Shown here: positions 48,101-57,056 of the stretch, piece by piece
Layout: the number at the start of each line of letters is the position of its first letter
Numbering within the stretch: the first letter of the stretch is position 1
Source of the DNA: an uncultured Pseudomonadota bacterium
Lineage (GTDB): Bacteria > Pseudomonadota > Alphaproteobacteria > RF32 > CAG-239
Length of the DNA: 64,000 nucleotides
Assembly: GCA_902799835.1 (NCBI GenBank)
Contig: CADCCF010000005.1
Coordinates: 58,813 to 122,812, forward strand
Direction of reading: 5' to 3'
Program-made: the position numbers and the translations under genes
The notes under the pieces: generated by a model
Databases searched by the model: none
Told to the model about the DNA's origin: nothing
The model's input: the letters and a program-made list of their open reading frames with translations, nothing else

Positions 48101-49431
48101 AAGATATTTATTTAGCTGGCTTGAAAGTGCCTGAGCCGTTCGATAGTAAAAAGGAATTTAAGGAAGGTAAGTATACAGGAAGATTTTTGCCACGAGATGA
48201 TGTCCGCACTGGATTTTTCGGTGACTATACAGATTGTTGTCAGCATTTTGGTGGCGTTGGAGATGCTTGTGCCGTTTCTACAGTTAAACATCCTTTCTCT
48301 CAATTATTTGTTATTGAAGATGAAAAAGGTAAAATTGTTGCCGGCAGTTGGGCTTGGGAAAATACAGAAGGAAAATACCGAGAGGTTTGTTTTGATAATA
48401 TTGAAGCAATAGGAGAATTTTCCGAACATCCGATGGTCAATAAGATTTATGGTCAAGTTGGAGATTATTTAGCAAAAGAACAAAATTGCCGTAAAGTTAC
48501 AATAGGTTTAGGCTATCAAGATGCTGATGTAACTGAATATAAAGCTACAGAATCTATAAAATTACCAAAACTTTATGGTAACGATGGAACAGATGATTAT
48601 TCTGACTCGTATTCACAAGTTTTATTAGCAGAAAATCCAAATGCTAAGCCATTAGATAAGACACAAGAAAGCCAGCGTTATATTCGTGATGTATGCTTTT
48701 TGGACATGTCAGCAATGGATAGAGTTTCAGAAGTGGTTTTTCCTGACGGAGATAAACAACTTCAAGCACCGGAAAATATGGCTGGATTTGTTGTTGAGGA
48801 CAGAGAAAAGGGTGTCGTTGGCTACTGCTTATATGATAAAGAAAAAAAATCGATTTATGACATGGCTGTTTTACCGGAATATCGTAAAGATAAAAACGCC
48901 TCTTCACGTAAATTATTTGCAGAAATGATGCGTGTTATCAATAAAGAAGGCGGTGAGTGGAGTGCAGAAATGCGTGATGAAACAACGTTAAGGTACCTTA
49001 AGGTGATGGCGGAAAGAGGTCTTGTCAGTTATGAGGAGCATGGTGTTGACCATGTTATGAGTGATGGAACAAAAGTTGTTGCTGTTACTTTTAGTCCTGT
49101 TTCAGAAAAAGTCCGACAATTAAAACAAAGAATTGAAAAGAATAATAACGGTAATAATGAAAAAACTGAACTTGAAAGTAATGCAAGTACCAAAAGTGAA
49201 AATTCTGAAGTTAAAAGGAATAAATCTAATAATGTTTTAAGTAATGCTCAATCTAATGTTTTAGGAGCATGAATTTTTCTGAACATCTACATGAGTTCGA
49301 AACCTGATGAGAGAAACCAATTTTTGAAACTTTTAGTTTCGAACTGCATTTTAGACAACAAAAAAGCTAGGATTTCTTTGGCTAAACCATTCGATTTGCT
49401 CTTGAAAAATCCTAGCTGTCCAATGTGGTCG
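45152..49431. mobile_element. ~4.3 kb non-autonomous serine-recombinase-type element inserted in a tRNA-Pro 3'-end copy
   Basis: TGGTCG core at 45152-45157 and 49426-49431; recombinase C-tail split across the two ends. Confidence 0.72.
45418..49272 (+). CDS. 1284-aa protein: HEAT/ARM-like repeats, central CCQ-motif domain, C-terminal GNAT-like domain
   Basis: Repeats such as AYSALEKVALSTPDLAYKVLDIF; GDYTDCCQHFGGVGDAC...GSWAW...VCFDNIE; GVVGYCLY...IYDMAVLPEYR. Confidence 0.8.
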   Translation: MAVRTRTKGISLDTFKGIKKENEEQAVQDIKLFIESISDDWSHDNEYACEKAYSILTNFTIEHPNLAEKTLPLFKEVAMKSGGMGTQYYWGYPFNKLSELMEKVPDNIKPLVLNAFKEVRDTPIAEKNTTAKRVALSKLTSMFKVDSPHNEQIIDILTHINGNDRTRALLYVPSAIVPQFAQEMLDIATKSSQATLALTIATLCPDMTDKALDVFDNINNNSDKIGHFYDEISKAILNKPELTERLLKSYKILFSKPNEYKMGLDGFIYLSKIAEEQPLFHEEIYDIICTGLKNPSIDDDCQKKYAYSALEKVALSTPDLAYKVLDIFAVELQSDKMDEKNFKQIIDSIIKISELQPSLNNKVFELSKSLYDANESYASSRLMSKCIQNNPNLANSAIEVLEKNSTETQGSLIATHRVINTIASANENVSLEILRILKKTLKSPYNDSYTLEPTYKALQTISKNNPKLTKDALSLYKSSLHGYVSDSELRQGYRFATDILLNSPEYTSGAIDLFNTALMSTSSRIYEDDTFKFAYKCLSQLIKERPNLQQELFDSFKLGLQNKRNNAASLDTAYEQLALILDSQPQLAKKCVEVIDIGVQSSKNEFYSLQRATEILKYIAKDHPELASDILNTSKHLTKDHNLPLYKACMKHLPLEETIAKHPEIEQDLRVAHKARFANDHEFEYALGNYDKETLIETNIFSAQQRVMNILFSTSAQEAGISKEDALNFRKPDAPNAVTDYMASNQDWLIPASFKGAAIFKEYFPAYIKTIQNHNQKNPEDKISIHDAVYWLPEPMNKEANARFSKFIQRNIVYQNAEHKNVHRPFNELAMISRNWQAVEKKLAQADENSDITKLKYNDILSICMSVRYEDQRNDAFAVEAAKHGVPEENYHNCEDIYLAGLKVPEPFDSKKEFKEGKYTGRFLPRDDVRTGFFGDYTDCCQHFGGVGDACAVSTVKHPFSQLFVIEDEKGKIVAGSWAWENTEGKYREVCFDNIEAIGEFSEHPMVNKIYGQVGDYLAKEQNCRKVTIGLGYQDADVTEYKATESIKLPKLYGNDGTDDYSDSYSQVLLAENPNAKPLDKTQESQRYIRDVCFLDMSAMDRVSEVVFPDGDKQLQAPENMAGFVVEDREKGVVGYCLYDKEKKSIYDMAVLPEYRKDKNASSRKLFAEMMRVINKEGGEWSAEMRDETTLRYLKVMAERGLVSYEEHGVDHVMSDGTKVVAVTFSPVSEKVRQLKQRIEKNNNGNNEKTELESNASTKSENSEVKRNKSNNVLSNAQSNVLGA

Positions 49432-49437
49432 GATTGA
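49273..49437 (+). pseudogene. C-terminal remnant of a large serine recombinase
   Basis: IFLNIYMSSKPDERNQFLKLLVSNCILDNKKARISLAKPFDLLLKNPSCPMWSD*, matching the recalled LSR tail (SS..E...L..V.SN..L......L.KPF..L....W) that reads into att. Confidence 0.7.
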
Positions 49438-49444
49438 CTGGACT
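49426..49444 (-). repeat. 19-bp duplication of tRNA-Pro 3' end
   Basis: TGGTCGGATTGACTGGACT identical to 49609-49627. Confidence 0.92.
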
Positions 49445-49608
49445 GACTTCGTTTCACTTCGTCGCCCCTGCGCTCATCGCCTTAACGGCGACCGCGATAC
49501 TCTCGTCTCGCTTTCGCTTGTGGTCAAACCAGCTTCTCGCCGGTTCGAGCTCCATGCTATCGCATTCAAGACACAAAAAAAACCGCCATAAAGGCGGTCT
49601 TTGTGTCT
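49445..49608. other. tRNA-trailing structured element (Pro copy), bounded by tRNA 3'-end direct repeats
   Basis: GC-rich hairpins; contains terminator 49567-49610 and inverted T-arm copy 49537-49554. Confidence 0.7.
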
Positions 49609-49685
49609 TGGTCGGATTGACTGGACTCGAACCAGCGACCTCTTCGTCCCGAACGAAGCGTTCTACCAGGCTGAACTACAATCCG
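49609..49685 (-). tRNA. tRNA-Pro(CGG)
   Basis: CGGATTGTAGTTCAGCCTGGTAGAACGCTTCGTTCGGGACGAAGAGGTCGCTGGTTCGAGTCCAGTCAATCCGACCA, 77 nt. Confidence 0.96.
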
Positions 49686-49751
49686 TTTGTCTTTCAACTC
49701 GCCTATTGATACCACATTTTTTTATCTTGGCAAGTAAAATTTTCAAAAAAA

Positions 49752-51080
49752 TTATTTTTCTTGCCATTTTTTTGTTTTCATATACCAATAAGGAATCAAG
49801 AACGATATGATATTATATAACAAGTCTGAGTAATAACACCAAGCAACTTCCGCATTACTTATACCAATAACCATTCTTACTGTACCGGCATAAAAAACTA
49901 TACTGCAAATCTCGATCATGAAAGCTACTTTAATTTTATCTGCTCCATACAAAGCATAGAAATATACATACTCCGGCAACATAATGGAATTAGCGATCAG
50001 CATAACATACAGTGGTTTTACAGCATCATTTATCAGCAGGCTGTCATTGGTAAAAATTCTCAAAATTTGTTCCGGAAATATTGCTAAGGTTAAAAGAATT
50101 GCAAAAAATGGCAATGCGCCTAATTTGATAATTCGTGTTAAAGTTGGTAATATTTCATTATCTTTTTTTGCTCCGATAAGATTACCGGTAATTGATATGG
50201 TAGCAATACCCAAAGCATTAGCCACTATGCAGGCAATACTGTAAAGTGATTTAACAACATTGGATATAGCCAAAGCTTCAACCCCTAGTTTTTCAACTTC
50301 AACATAAAAATAAAGCCATGATCCCCAAGAAGCTAAATTTAAAATTATGAGGTAATTTGCTTTACCGATAACTTGTTTAAATATTCCAACATTTAATAAA
50401 GTAAATTTGTTAAAACCGAATTTATGCCAATCTATTTTTAGCATAACATAGATAATCAAATATACAAAAGCTATTACCTCAGATAATACTGATGCTAAAG
50501 CTGCACCTTTTAATCCCAAGGGTTCGATTCCCCATCCTCCGAAAATAAGCCACCAATCAAAAAAGATATTGGAAACTAATAAAATTACTGAGGCAATAGC
50601 AATGCTGTGAGTAGTATTTATAGCCACTAAAAAACCTTCAAACATTGATTTTATGCCGGAGAAAAGCAAACCAAAACACCTGGGGAGTAAATAAGTTAAT
50701 GTTGCAATTTGTAAAATATCACTTTGAACCATTATTCGTAAAATTGGATCGGTTGCTAAAATAACCATTACTATTGCTATAATTGAAATTAACATAACAA
50801 TATTGTTAGTTGCCCAAAAAACTTGTCCGATATTTTTTAGTTTCTGTTTGCCACAACCATTATATTGTGACATTATAATTTGTGCTCCGGTGATAAATGC
50901 TTTTTCTAACATGAATATAACTAAATAAATTAATCCGCCGATAGCACAAGCACCCAATTCTACTTCGCCGACATGGCCCAAAAATATAGTATCGGTGGTG
51001 CCAATTAAAGTTTGGATCACCATGCTTAAAATTAGTGGCCAAGTGATATTTGCAATTTTGCGATAAGAATAAGTTATCAT
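49752..51080 (-). CDS. MATE family efflux transporter
   Basis: WPLILSM...DTIFLGHVG..ELGA, LIFGGWGIEPLGLKGAALASVLSE; 12 TM. Confidence 0.92.
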   Translation of the reverse strand: MITYSYRKIANITWPLILSMVIQTLIGTTDTIFLGHVGEVELGACAIGGLIYLVIFMLEKAFITGAQIIMSQYNGCGKQKLKNIGQVFWATNNIVMLISIIAIVMVILATDPILRIMVQSDILQIATLTYLLPRCFGLLFSGIKSMFEGFLVAINTTHSIAIASVILLVSNIFFDWWLIFGGWGIEPLGLKGAALASVLSEVIAFVYLIIYVMLKIDWHKFGFNKFTLLNVGIFKQVIGKANYLIILNLASWGSWLYFYVEVEKLGVEALAISNVVKSLYSIACIVANALGIATISITGNLIGAKKDNEILPTLTRIIKLGALPFFAILLTLAIFPEQILRIFTNDSLLINDAVKPLYVMLIANSIMLPEYVYFYALYGADKIKVAFMIEICSIVFYAGTVRMVIGISNAEVAWCYYSDLLYNIISFLIPYWYMKTKKWQEK

Positions 51081-51131
51081 TTTTTTAAACCTTCTATGAT
51101 AATTATATCCTAAACATCAATAGGTTGAATA

Positions 51132-52259
51132 ATGTTTAATATAAGGCAAAAATTTCATAATTTCATGATAAATCATTGGCTCAAAGTTGCCAATAATTTT
51201 TATGTTTCACACAATTATGACAAAGCTATTAAACTTTATGATAAAATACTGTACCTTGATAATAAAAATTATGCTGCAAATTGCAATTTGGCAACTGCCT
51301 ATTTTTTGAATAATGACTACAAAAAGGCCCAACCGTATTTTGAATATCTGCAAAAAGTGGATTCGCAAAATCCTTGGTGGCAAACTTATCTTTCTCAAAT
51401 TTATCAAAAACAAAAATCCTATCGCAAGGCACTTAAGGCAGCCTGGAATTCAGTAAAAATCAGCCATGGTGCCAGTGAACATCAAGTAAATTTGGCTTAT
51501 GCTTTATACGAAATTGCTGAGATTAAGGGTAAAGATTTTATCCTTGATATGGTTCAAAAGTTTTACCAAAAATATCCCGATTCCGGTGTAGCTCAGCAGT
51601 GCTATCATACTTTTTTACATCTTCAAAAAACAGCTATTTGTAATTCTGAATATATTGAAAAAATCTTTGATATTTTTGCCCCCGAATTTGAAACAACACT
51701 AAATCGTTTGCAGTATAATTCGCCGCAAATGATTGCTCATTATTTGGCCGATATTTGCCGTAATTACTCAACTTTGCATGTGCTTGATTTGGGGTGCGGC
51801 ACCGGAATGTGCGGCGCAAATATTAAAAAAAATTTGCCGCAAGCCGTGCTTTGGGGAGTCGATATTTCTGCTCAAATGCTGGCTGAAGCCGATGCCAAAA
51901 AAATCTATAATCAACTGGCTAAAAATGATATTATAAGTTACTTAAAAACATCAAAGTCTCAATTTGATGTTATAGTTGCATCAGATGTTTTGACCTATTT
52001 CGGAATGTTGGATGAAGTCATTGCTTTGACATATTCCCATCTTTCCCCTAATGGAATTTTTATATTCACGGTTTCGCAAAATAATCTCAATCGCCAGAGT
52101 TATTTTTTGACCCCATCTTCACGTTTTGTGCATCAATTTTCTTATGTTAAAAAAGTGCTGGCTAAGGTTGGATTCTCTCGTATAAAAAGTCACAAAGAAG
52201 TTATCCGCAAAGAGGGAAAAAAAGATGTAATCGGCGGTATTTTTATCGCCGTAAAATAA
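51132..52259 (+). CDS. TPR-repeat + class I SAM-dependent methyltransferase
   Basis: TPR helices; VLDLGCGTG, GVDISAQML, DVLTYFG. Confidence 0.9.
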   Translation: MFNIRQKFHNFMINHWLKVANNFYVSHNYDKAIKLYDKILYLDNKNYAANCNLATAYFLNNDYKKAQPYFEYLQKVDSQNPWWQTYLSQIYQKQKSYRKALKAAWNSVKISHGASEHQVNLAYALYEIAEIKGKDFILDMVQKFYQKYPDSGVAQQCYHTFLHLQKTAICNSEYIEKIFDIFAPEFETTLNRLQYNSPQMIAHYLADICRNYSTLHVLDLGCGTGMCGANIKKNLPQAVLWGVDISAQMLAEADAKKIYNQLAKNDIISYLKTSKSQFDVIVASDVLTYFGMLDEVIALTYSHLSPNGIFIFTVSQNNLNRQSYFLTPSSRFVHQFSYVKKVLAKVGFSRIKSHKEVIRKEGKKDVIGGIFIAVK

Positions 52260-52264
52260 CAAAA

Positions 52265-52292
52265 AAATTCCCACCGAATGAGTGGGAATTTT
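52265..52292. terminator. Bidirectional terminator
   Basis: AAATTCCCAC-cgaatga-GTGGGAATTT between convergent genes. Confidence 0.75.
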
Positions 52293-52313
52293 AATGTTTA
52301 ACTTCGTAAAAAA

Positions 52314-52532
52314 TTACTTTTTCGATTTGCTGCTCAAAGATTTTTTTGTGCTGGTCGAAGAAGATTTTTTAGCAGAAGCAGAAGAAGACTTTTTATTGCA
52401 AGAAGACTTGTTGCAGCAATTTAATTGCTTCAAAGCTTCATTCCAAAAATAATTATCCTGTCCGTTAGGGCAACCGGCATTTTGCCAAAGATAATAAGCT
52501 GCTTCTCTGATAGCTTGTTCGTTATTAACCAT
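52314..52532 (-). CDS. DUF2934 domain protein
   Basis: EQAIREAAYYLWQNAGCPNGQDNYFWNEA with Ser/Lys-rich tail. Confidence 0.85.
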   Translation of the reverse strand: MVNNEQAIREAAYYLWQNAGCPNGQDNYFWNEALKQLNCCNKSSCNKKSSSASAKKSSSTSTKKSLSSKSKK

Positions 52533-52763
52533 AATCACTAACTCCAAAAAAAGTTTTAATAAACATTGTTTAATATACATACAAATTTTTATCCGTCAAT
52601 AGTAAATCGTTATAATACTTCAAAAATATTGCAAAAAAAATAAACCGATACTATTTTTTAATGAGATTTTAATTAAATTGTTGCATTTAAATTGATAAGA
52701 ATTTATAAGTAAAAAGTGAATGTTTGTTTCAACATCTAATGACTTATTACATAGGAAAATTAT

Positions 52764-54956
52764 ATGCAAAATTTATTATCAAAAGAGGAAATGGAAGCCG
52801 TAATTAATGGTGACCACGGTAATGTTTTCGCTGTATTGGGTATACATCGCAACAAGGGTAGTAAAGAGTCTTTCATTCGTGCATATCTGCCCATGTCATC
52901 ATCTATCGAAGTACTTTCTCGTGACGGTTCAAGTCGTGGCATGATGACTAAATTGGATGATCGCGGATTCTACCAAATTGATTTGGGTGTTACTGAAGAT
53001 TATGATTATAAATTTCGCATTACCAATGATAAAGGTGCTATTTATGATGCGGAGGATACCTATCGTTTTACTCCGACTTTAGGCGATATGGATATTTATC
53101 TTCTTGCTGAGGGTAATCATCTCGATATGTATAAAAAATTGGGCGCCCATGTAATGGAAAAAGAAGGTATCAAAGGTGTAGCTTTTGCGGTATGGGCACC
53201 TAATGCCAAACGTGTCAGTGTTGTCGGCGCTTTCAATAATTGGGATGGTCGAGTTGATGTTATGCGTAAACATCCGTCTTGTGGGGTATGGGATATTTTT
53301 ATTCCAGGTATCGGCGAAGGCGAGATATATAAATATGAGATTAAAACAAATTCCAATAACATTTTCTTAAAAGCCGATCCGGTAGCTTTTTATTCCGAAC
53401 GTCGTCCCAATACCGCATCAGTGGTTTATGATTTAAATCACTATGAATGGCATGATAATGATTGGATGAATTATCGTTCAGAGTATAATTCTCTTGATAA
53501 ACCTATGTCAATTTATGAAGTGCATTTGGGGTCATGGCGTCGCAAAAACGGCAATGAATATTTGACCTATCGTGAGTTAGCTGATCACCTGATTCCCTAT
53601 GTGCAAAATATGGGATTTACTCATGTCGAGTTTTTGCCTCTGGCCGAGCATCCTCTTGATGCATCTTGGGGCTATCAGATTATCGGTATGTTTGCGCCCA
53701 CCTCGCGTTTTGGCACTCCCGATGATTTGCGCTATATGATTGACAAATTCCATCAGGCCGGTATCAGTGTAATTATGGATTGGGTTCCTGCACACTTCCC
53801 CAAAGATGCTCACGGGCTTAATGAATTTGATGGTACTCATTTGTATGAACACGCTGATCCCAGAAAAGGTGAGCATAATGATTGGGGTACCAAAATATAT
53901 AATTACGGACGTTCGGAAGTTGCCAACTTCTTATGTTGCAGTGCATTGTTTTGGTTAAAGGAATTTCATATTGACGGACTGCGTGTTGATGCGGTTGCTT
54001 CAATGTTGTACTTGGATTATTCACGCAAGGCTGGTGAGTGGATTCCTAACCAATATGGCGGTAATGAAAATATTGAAGCTATTTCGTTTTTGCGCCGCAT
54101 GAATGAATTGGCCTATTCGCAAGTCAACGGAGCTGTTACCGTTGCCGAAGAGTCAACAGCCTGGCCGATGGTTTCGCGTCCTACAAGCATGGGCGGTTTG
54201 GGCTTTGGTTATAAATGGAACATGGGTTGGATGAATGATACTTTGCGTTATATTTCACACGAACCCATTCATCGTAAATATCACCATGGAATGCTGACTT
54301 TCGGTTTGCTCTATGCTTTTAATGAGAATTTTATTTTGCCGATTTCACACGATGAAGTTGTTCATGGTAAAGGTTCAATGCTTTCTAAAATGCCGGGTGA
54401 TGAGTGGCAAAAATTTGCCAACTTGCGTGCTTACTATGGCTTTATGTACACACATCCCGGTAAAAAATTGTTGTTCATGGGATGTGAATTTGGTCAGGAT
54501 TACGAGTGGAATTCAGAAGAAGGTTTACGTTGGTTCTTGCTTGATCATCCGATGTATCGCGGCCTACAAAATTGTGTGCGTGATCTGAACTTAATGTACA
54601 AGGGTAATCCTTGTATGTACCAACAGGATTTCGATTATCGTGGTTTTGAATGGTTGGATCACTCCAATGCTGATGACAGTGTTATTTCCTACATTCGTCG
54701 TGGTTATAATTACAATGACTTTATGATTGTAGTTTGCAATTTTACTCCGGTTGTTCGTCACAATTATCGCATCGGTGTTCCGGAGGGCGGTGATTATCAG
54801 GAAATTTTCAACAGTGATGATGTCAACTATTGGGGCAGTGGTGTTAAGAATGATGGCGTAATCCATTCGGATAATCAAGAATGCAATTACAAGCCATTTT
54901 CTATCAACATAACGCTTCCGCCTCTATCAACTATAATTATTAAACCTTTGCGTTAG
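52764..54956 (+). CDS. glgB: 1,4-alpha-glucan branching enzyme
   Basis: FAVWAPNA, IYEVHLGSW, DWVPAHFP, GLRVDAVASMLY, AEESTAWP, SHDEVVHGK. Confidence 0.98.
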   Translation: MQNLLSKEEMEAVINGDHGNVFAVLGIHRNKGSKESFIRAYLPMSSSIEVLSRDGSSRGMMTKLDDRGFYQIDLGVTEDYDYKFRITNDKGAIYDAEDTYRFTPTLGDMDIYLLAEGNHLDMYKKLGAHVMEKEGIKGVAFAVWAPNAKRVSVVGAFNNWDGRVDVMRKHPSCGVWDIFIPGIGEGEIYKYEIKTNSNNIFLKADPVAFYSERRPNTASVVYDLNHYEWHDNDWMNYRSEYNSLDKPMSIYEVHLGSWRRKNGNEYLTYRELADHLIPYVQNMGFTHVEFLPLAEHPLDASWGYQIIGMFAPTSRFGTPDDLRYMIDKFHQAGISVIMDWVPAHFPKDAHGLNEFDGTHLYEHADPRKGEHNDWGTKIYNYGRSEVANFLCCSALFWLKEFHIDGLRVDAVASMLYLDYSRKAGEWIPNQYGGNENIEAISFLRRMNELAYSQVNGAVTVAEESTAWPMVSRPTSMGGLGFGYKWNMGWMNDTLRYISHEPIHRKYHHGMLTFGLLYAFNENFILPISHDEVVHGKGSMLSKMPGDEWQKFANLRAYYGFMYTHPGKKLLFMGCEFGQDYEWNSEEGLRWFLLDHPMYRGLQNCVRDLNLMYKGNPCMYQQDFDYRGFEWLDHSNADDSVISYIRRGYNYNDFMIVVCNFTPVVRHNYRIGVPEGGDYQEIFNSDDVNYWGSGVKNDGVIHSDNQECNYKPFSINITLPPLSTIIIKPLR

Positions 54957-54960
54957 GAGA

Positions 54961-57039
54961 TTGCAATTGGCAAAATACCAAACATCTTTCGGACAAGCTT
55001 ATCCTCTTGGCTCTACTTATGATGGTAAAGGTGTTAATTTTGCCTTGTTTTCGGCTCATGCGCAAAAAGTCGAGCTTTGTCTTTTTGATGAAAGCGGTGC
55101 TGTTGAGCTTGAGCGCTATGAAATTAATGAGCAGGACAATAATATCTGGCATATTTATCTTCACAATGCAATGCCTGGTATAGTATATGGTTGGCGGGTT
55201 TATGGTTTGTATGAACCGCTTAAAGGTTATCGTTTTAATCCCAACAAACTTCTCATTGATCCCTATGGTAAACAATTGGTTGGAACTTTGATATGGAACA
55301 AGGCTATCTTTGGTTATGATTGGGATAGTCCTGATGGCGATTTGTCTTTTTCCGAGCTTGATTCGGCACCTTATGTTCCCAAGTCGGTAGTCGTTGATGA
55401 AAGTTATGATTGGAGCAAAGAGAAGCGTCCTTCATATTCAATGTCAGAAAGTATAATTTATGAAACTCACTTGCGTGGAGCCACAAGGTTAAATCCGTTT
55501 TTAGATGATGGTGCCAGAGGAACATTTGCCGCCTTTAGTGAAGCTTCGACCATAAATTATCTCAAGCATCTGGGGGTTACAGCGGTAGAGTTTCTGCCCA
55601 TACATGCTTTTTTTGGTAACCGTCACAAGCGCGGATTTGTGATTGACAATTATTGGGGATATGAAAACTTCAGTTATTTCGCTCCGGAACAATCTTATAT
55701 GTCAACCGGACACATCAACGAAATAAAAGACATGGTCAAGAAATTGCATAATCATGGTTTGGAGGTGATTTTAGATGTAGTCTATAATCACACCGGTGAA
55801 GGCAATCAAATGGGACCTACTTTGTGCTATCGCGGAATTGATAATCAATCATATTATGTATTGGATGAAAAAAATCCTCGTTTTTATGTTGATACTACCG
55901 GATGCGGCGCCAGCCTTAATTTGCAAAATCGTGATTGTTTGCGTATGGTGATGGATTCCATGCGTTATTGGGTGCGTGAAATGCACATAGATGGTTTCCG
56001 TTTTGACTTGGCACCAACCCTTTGTCGTCATGGCGGAGAGTTTAAACAATCAAGCGGTTTTTTATATGCAGTTACACAAGACGAAGTTTTGCAAAAAGTA
56101 AAAATGATTGCCGAACCTTGGGATGTTGGTAAAGGCGGTTATCAGTTGGGAGCATTTCCGATTAATTGGAGTGAGTGGAACGATAAATATCGTGATAATG
56201 TTCGCCGAATTTGGAAAGGTGATAATGGGCAGATAGCAGAGTTTGCTTCGCGTCTGACCGGCTCCAGTGAAATATTTAATCATTATAATCGCGGAATGTC
56301 ATCAAGCATCAATTTTGTGACAGCACATGACGGATTTACGCTTTATGATTTGGTCAGCTATCAACAAAAACACAATTCAGCCAATGGTGAAAATAATCAT
56401 GATGGTTCAGATAGTAATTGGAGCTGGAATTCCGGTGCTGAAGGTGAAACAACCAATCCCATTATAATGCGCAATCGCAAAGACAGAATGCGAGCCATGT
56501 TGGCAACTTTGTTTTTGTCCTTTGGCACACCAATGTTGAATTTTGGTGATGAATTGGGGCGCACCCAAATGGGCAATAACAATCCTTATTGTCAGGATAA
56601 TGCCATTAGTTGGCTTAGTTGGGAAGGTCTTGCTCCATGGCAACACAAAATGGTAACTTTTATGCACAACTTGATAAAATTGCGTAAAGATTTGCAGATA
56701 TTTTCAAGACGTCAGTTTTTTACCGGTAAAAAAGATGAAAGCGGTTTTGCTGATTTAGCTTGGTACACCGAAAATGGTCGAGAATTTATTTCAGCTGATT
56801 GGCAAAACGCCAATCGTCATAGCCTGTCTTATTTAGTTCATTATGACGAACGTTTCTTGTTAGCGATTTTTAATGCTTATCATCAACCTGTTGAATGGAA
56901 ACTTCCCAATTTGGCCAAAAACATGAATTGGCATTTGATGTTGGATACATCCGAACGCATGGATAAAAATATCAAGTTAGGTGCTTCTGAAAAAATAACA
57001 GTTCCTTCATGGAGTGTGGTTGTAATTACAATAGACTAG
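54961..57039 (+). CDS. glgX: Glycogen debranching enzyme
   Basis: YPLGSTYDGKGVNFALFS, NYWGY, DVVYNHT, DGFRFDLA, AEPWD, AHDGFTL. Confidence 0.97.
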   Translation: MQLAKYQTSFGQAYPLGSTYDGKGVNFALFSAHAQKVELCLFDESGAVELERYEINEQDNNIWHIYLHNAMPGIVYGWRVYGLYEPLKGYRFNPNKLLIDPYGKQLVGTLIWNKAIFGYDWDSPDGDLSFSELDSAPYVPKSVVVDESYDWSKEKRPSYSMSESIIYETHLRGATRLNPFLDDGARGTFAAFSEASTINYLKHLGVTAVEFLPIHAFFGNRHKRGFVIDNYWGYENFSYFAPEQSYMSTGHINEIKDMVKKLHNHGLEVILDVVYNHTGEGNQMGPTLCYRGIDNQSYYVLDEKNPRFYVDTTGCGASLNLQNRDCLRMVMDSMRYWVREMHIDGFRFDLAPTLCRHGGEFKQSSGFLYAVTQDEVLQKVKMIAEPWDVGKGGYQLGAFPINWSEWNDKYRDNVRRIWKGDNGQIAEFASRLTGSSEIFNHYNRGMSSSINFVTAHDGFTLYDLVSYQQKHNSANGENNHDGSDSNWSWNSGAEGETTNPIIMRNRKDRMRAMLATLFLSFGTPMLNFGDELGRTQMGNNNPYCQDNAISWLSWEGLAPWQHKMVTFMHNLIKLRKDLQIFSRRQFFTGKKDESGFADLAWYTENGREFISADWQNANRHSLSYLVHYDERFLLAIFNAYHQPVEWKLPNLAKNMNWHLMLDTSERMDKNIKLGASEKITVPSWSVVVITID

Positions 57040-57056
57040 GTGAGGAGATTAAAACA

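Noticed and set aside
49270-49437. Stop-codon read-through fusing the 1284-aa protein to the recombinase tail (same frame)
   Set aside because: One-in-three chance coincidence; TGA is used as a normal stop elsewhere in the window
49425-49810. ORF-track ORFs 49425..49709 and 49601..49810
   Set aside because: Antisense to tRNA-Pro and its trailing element; spurious
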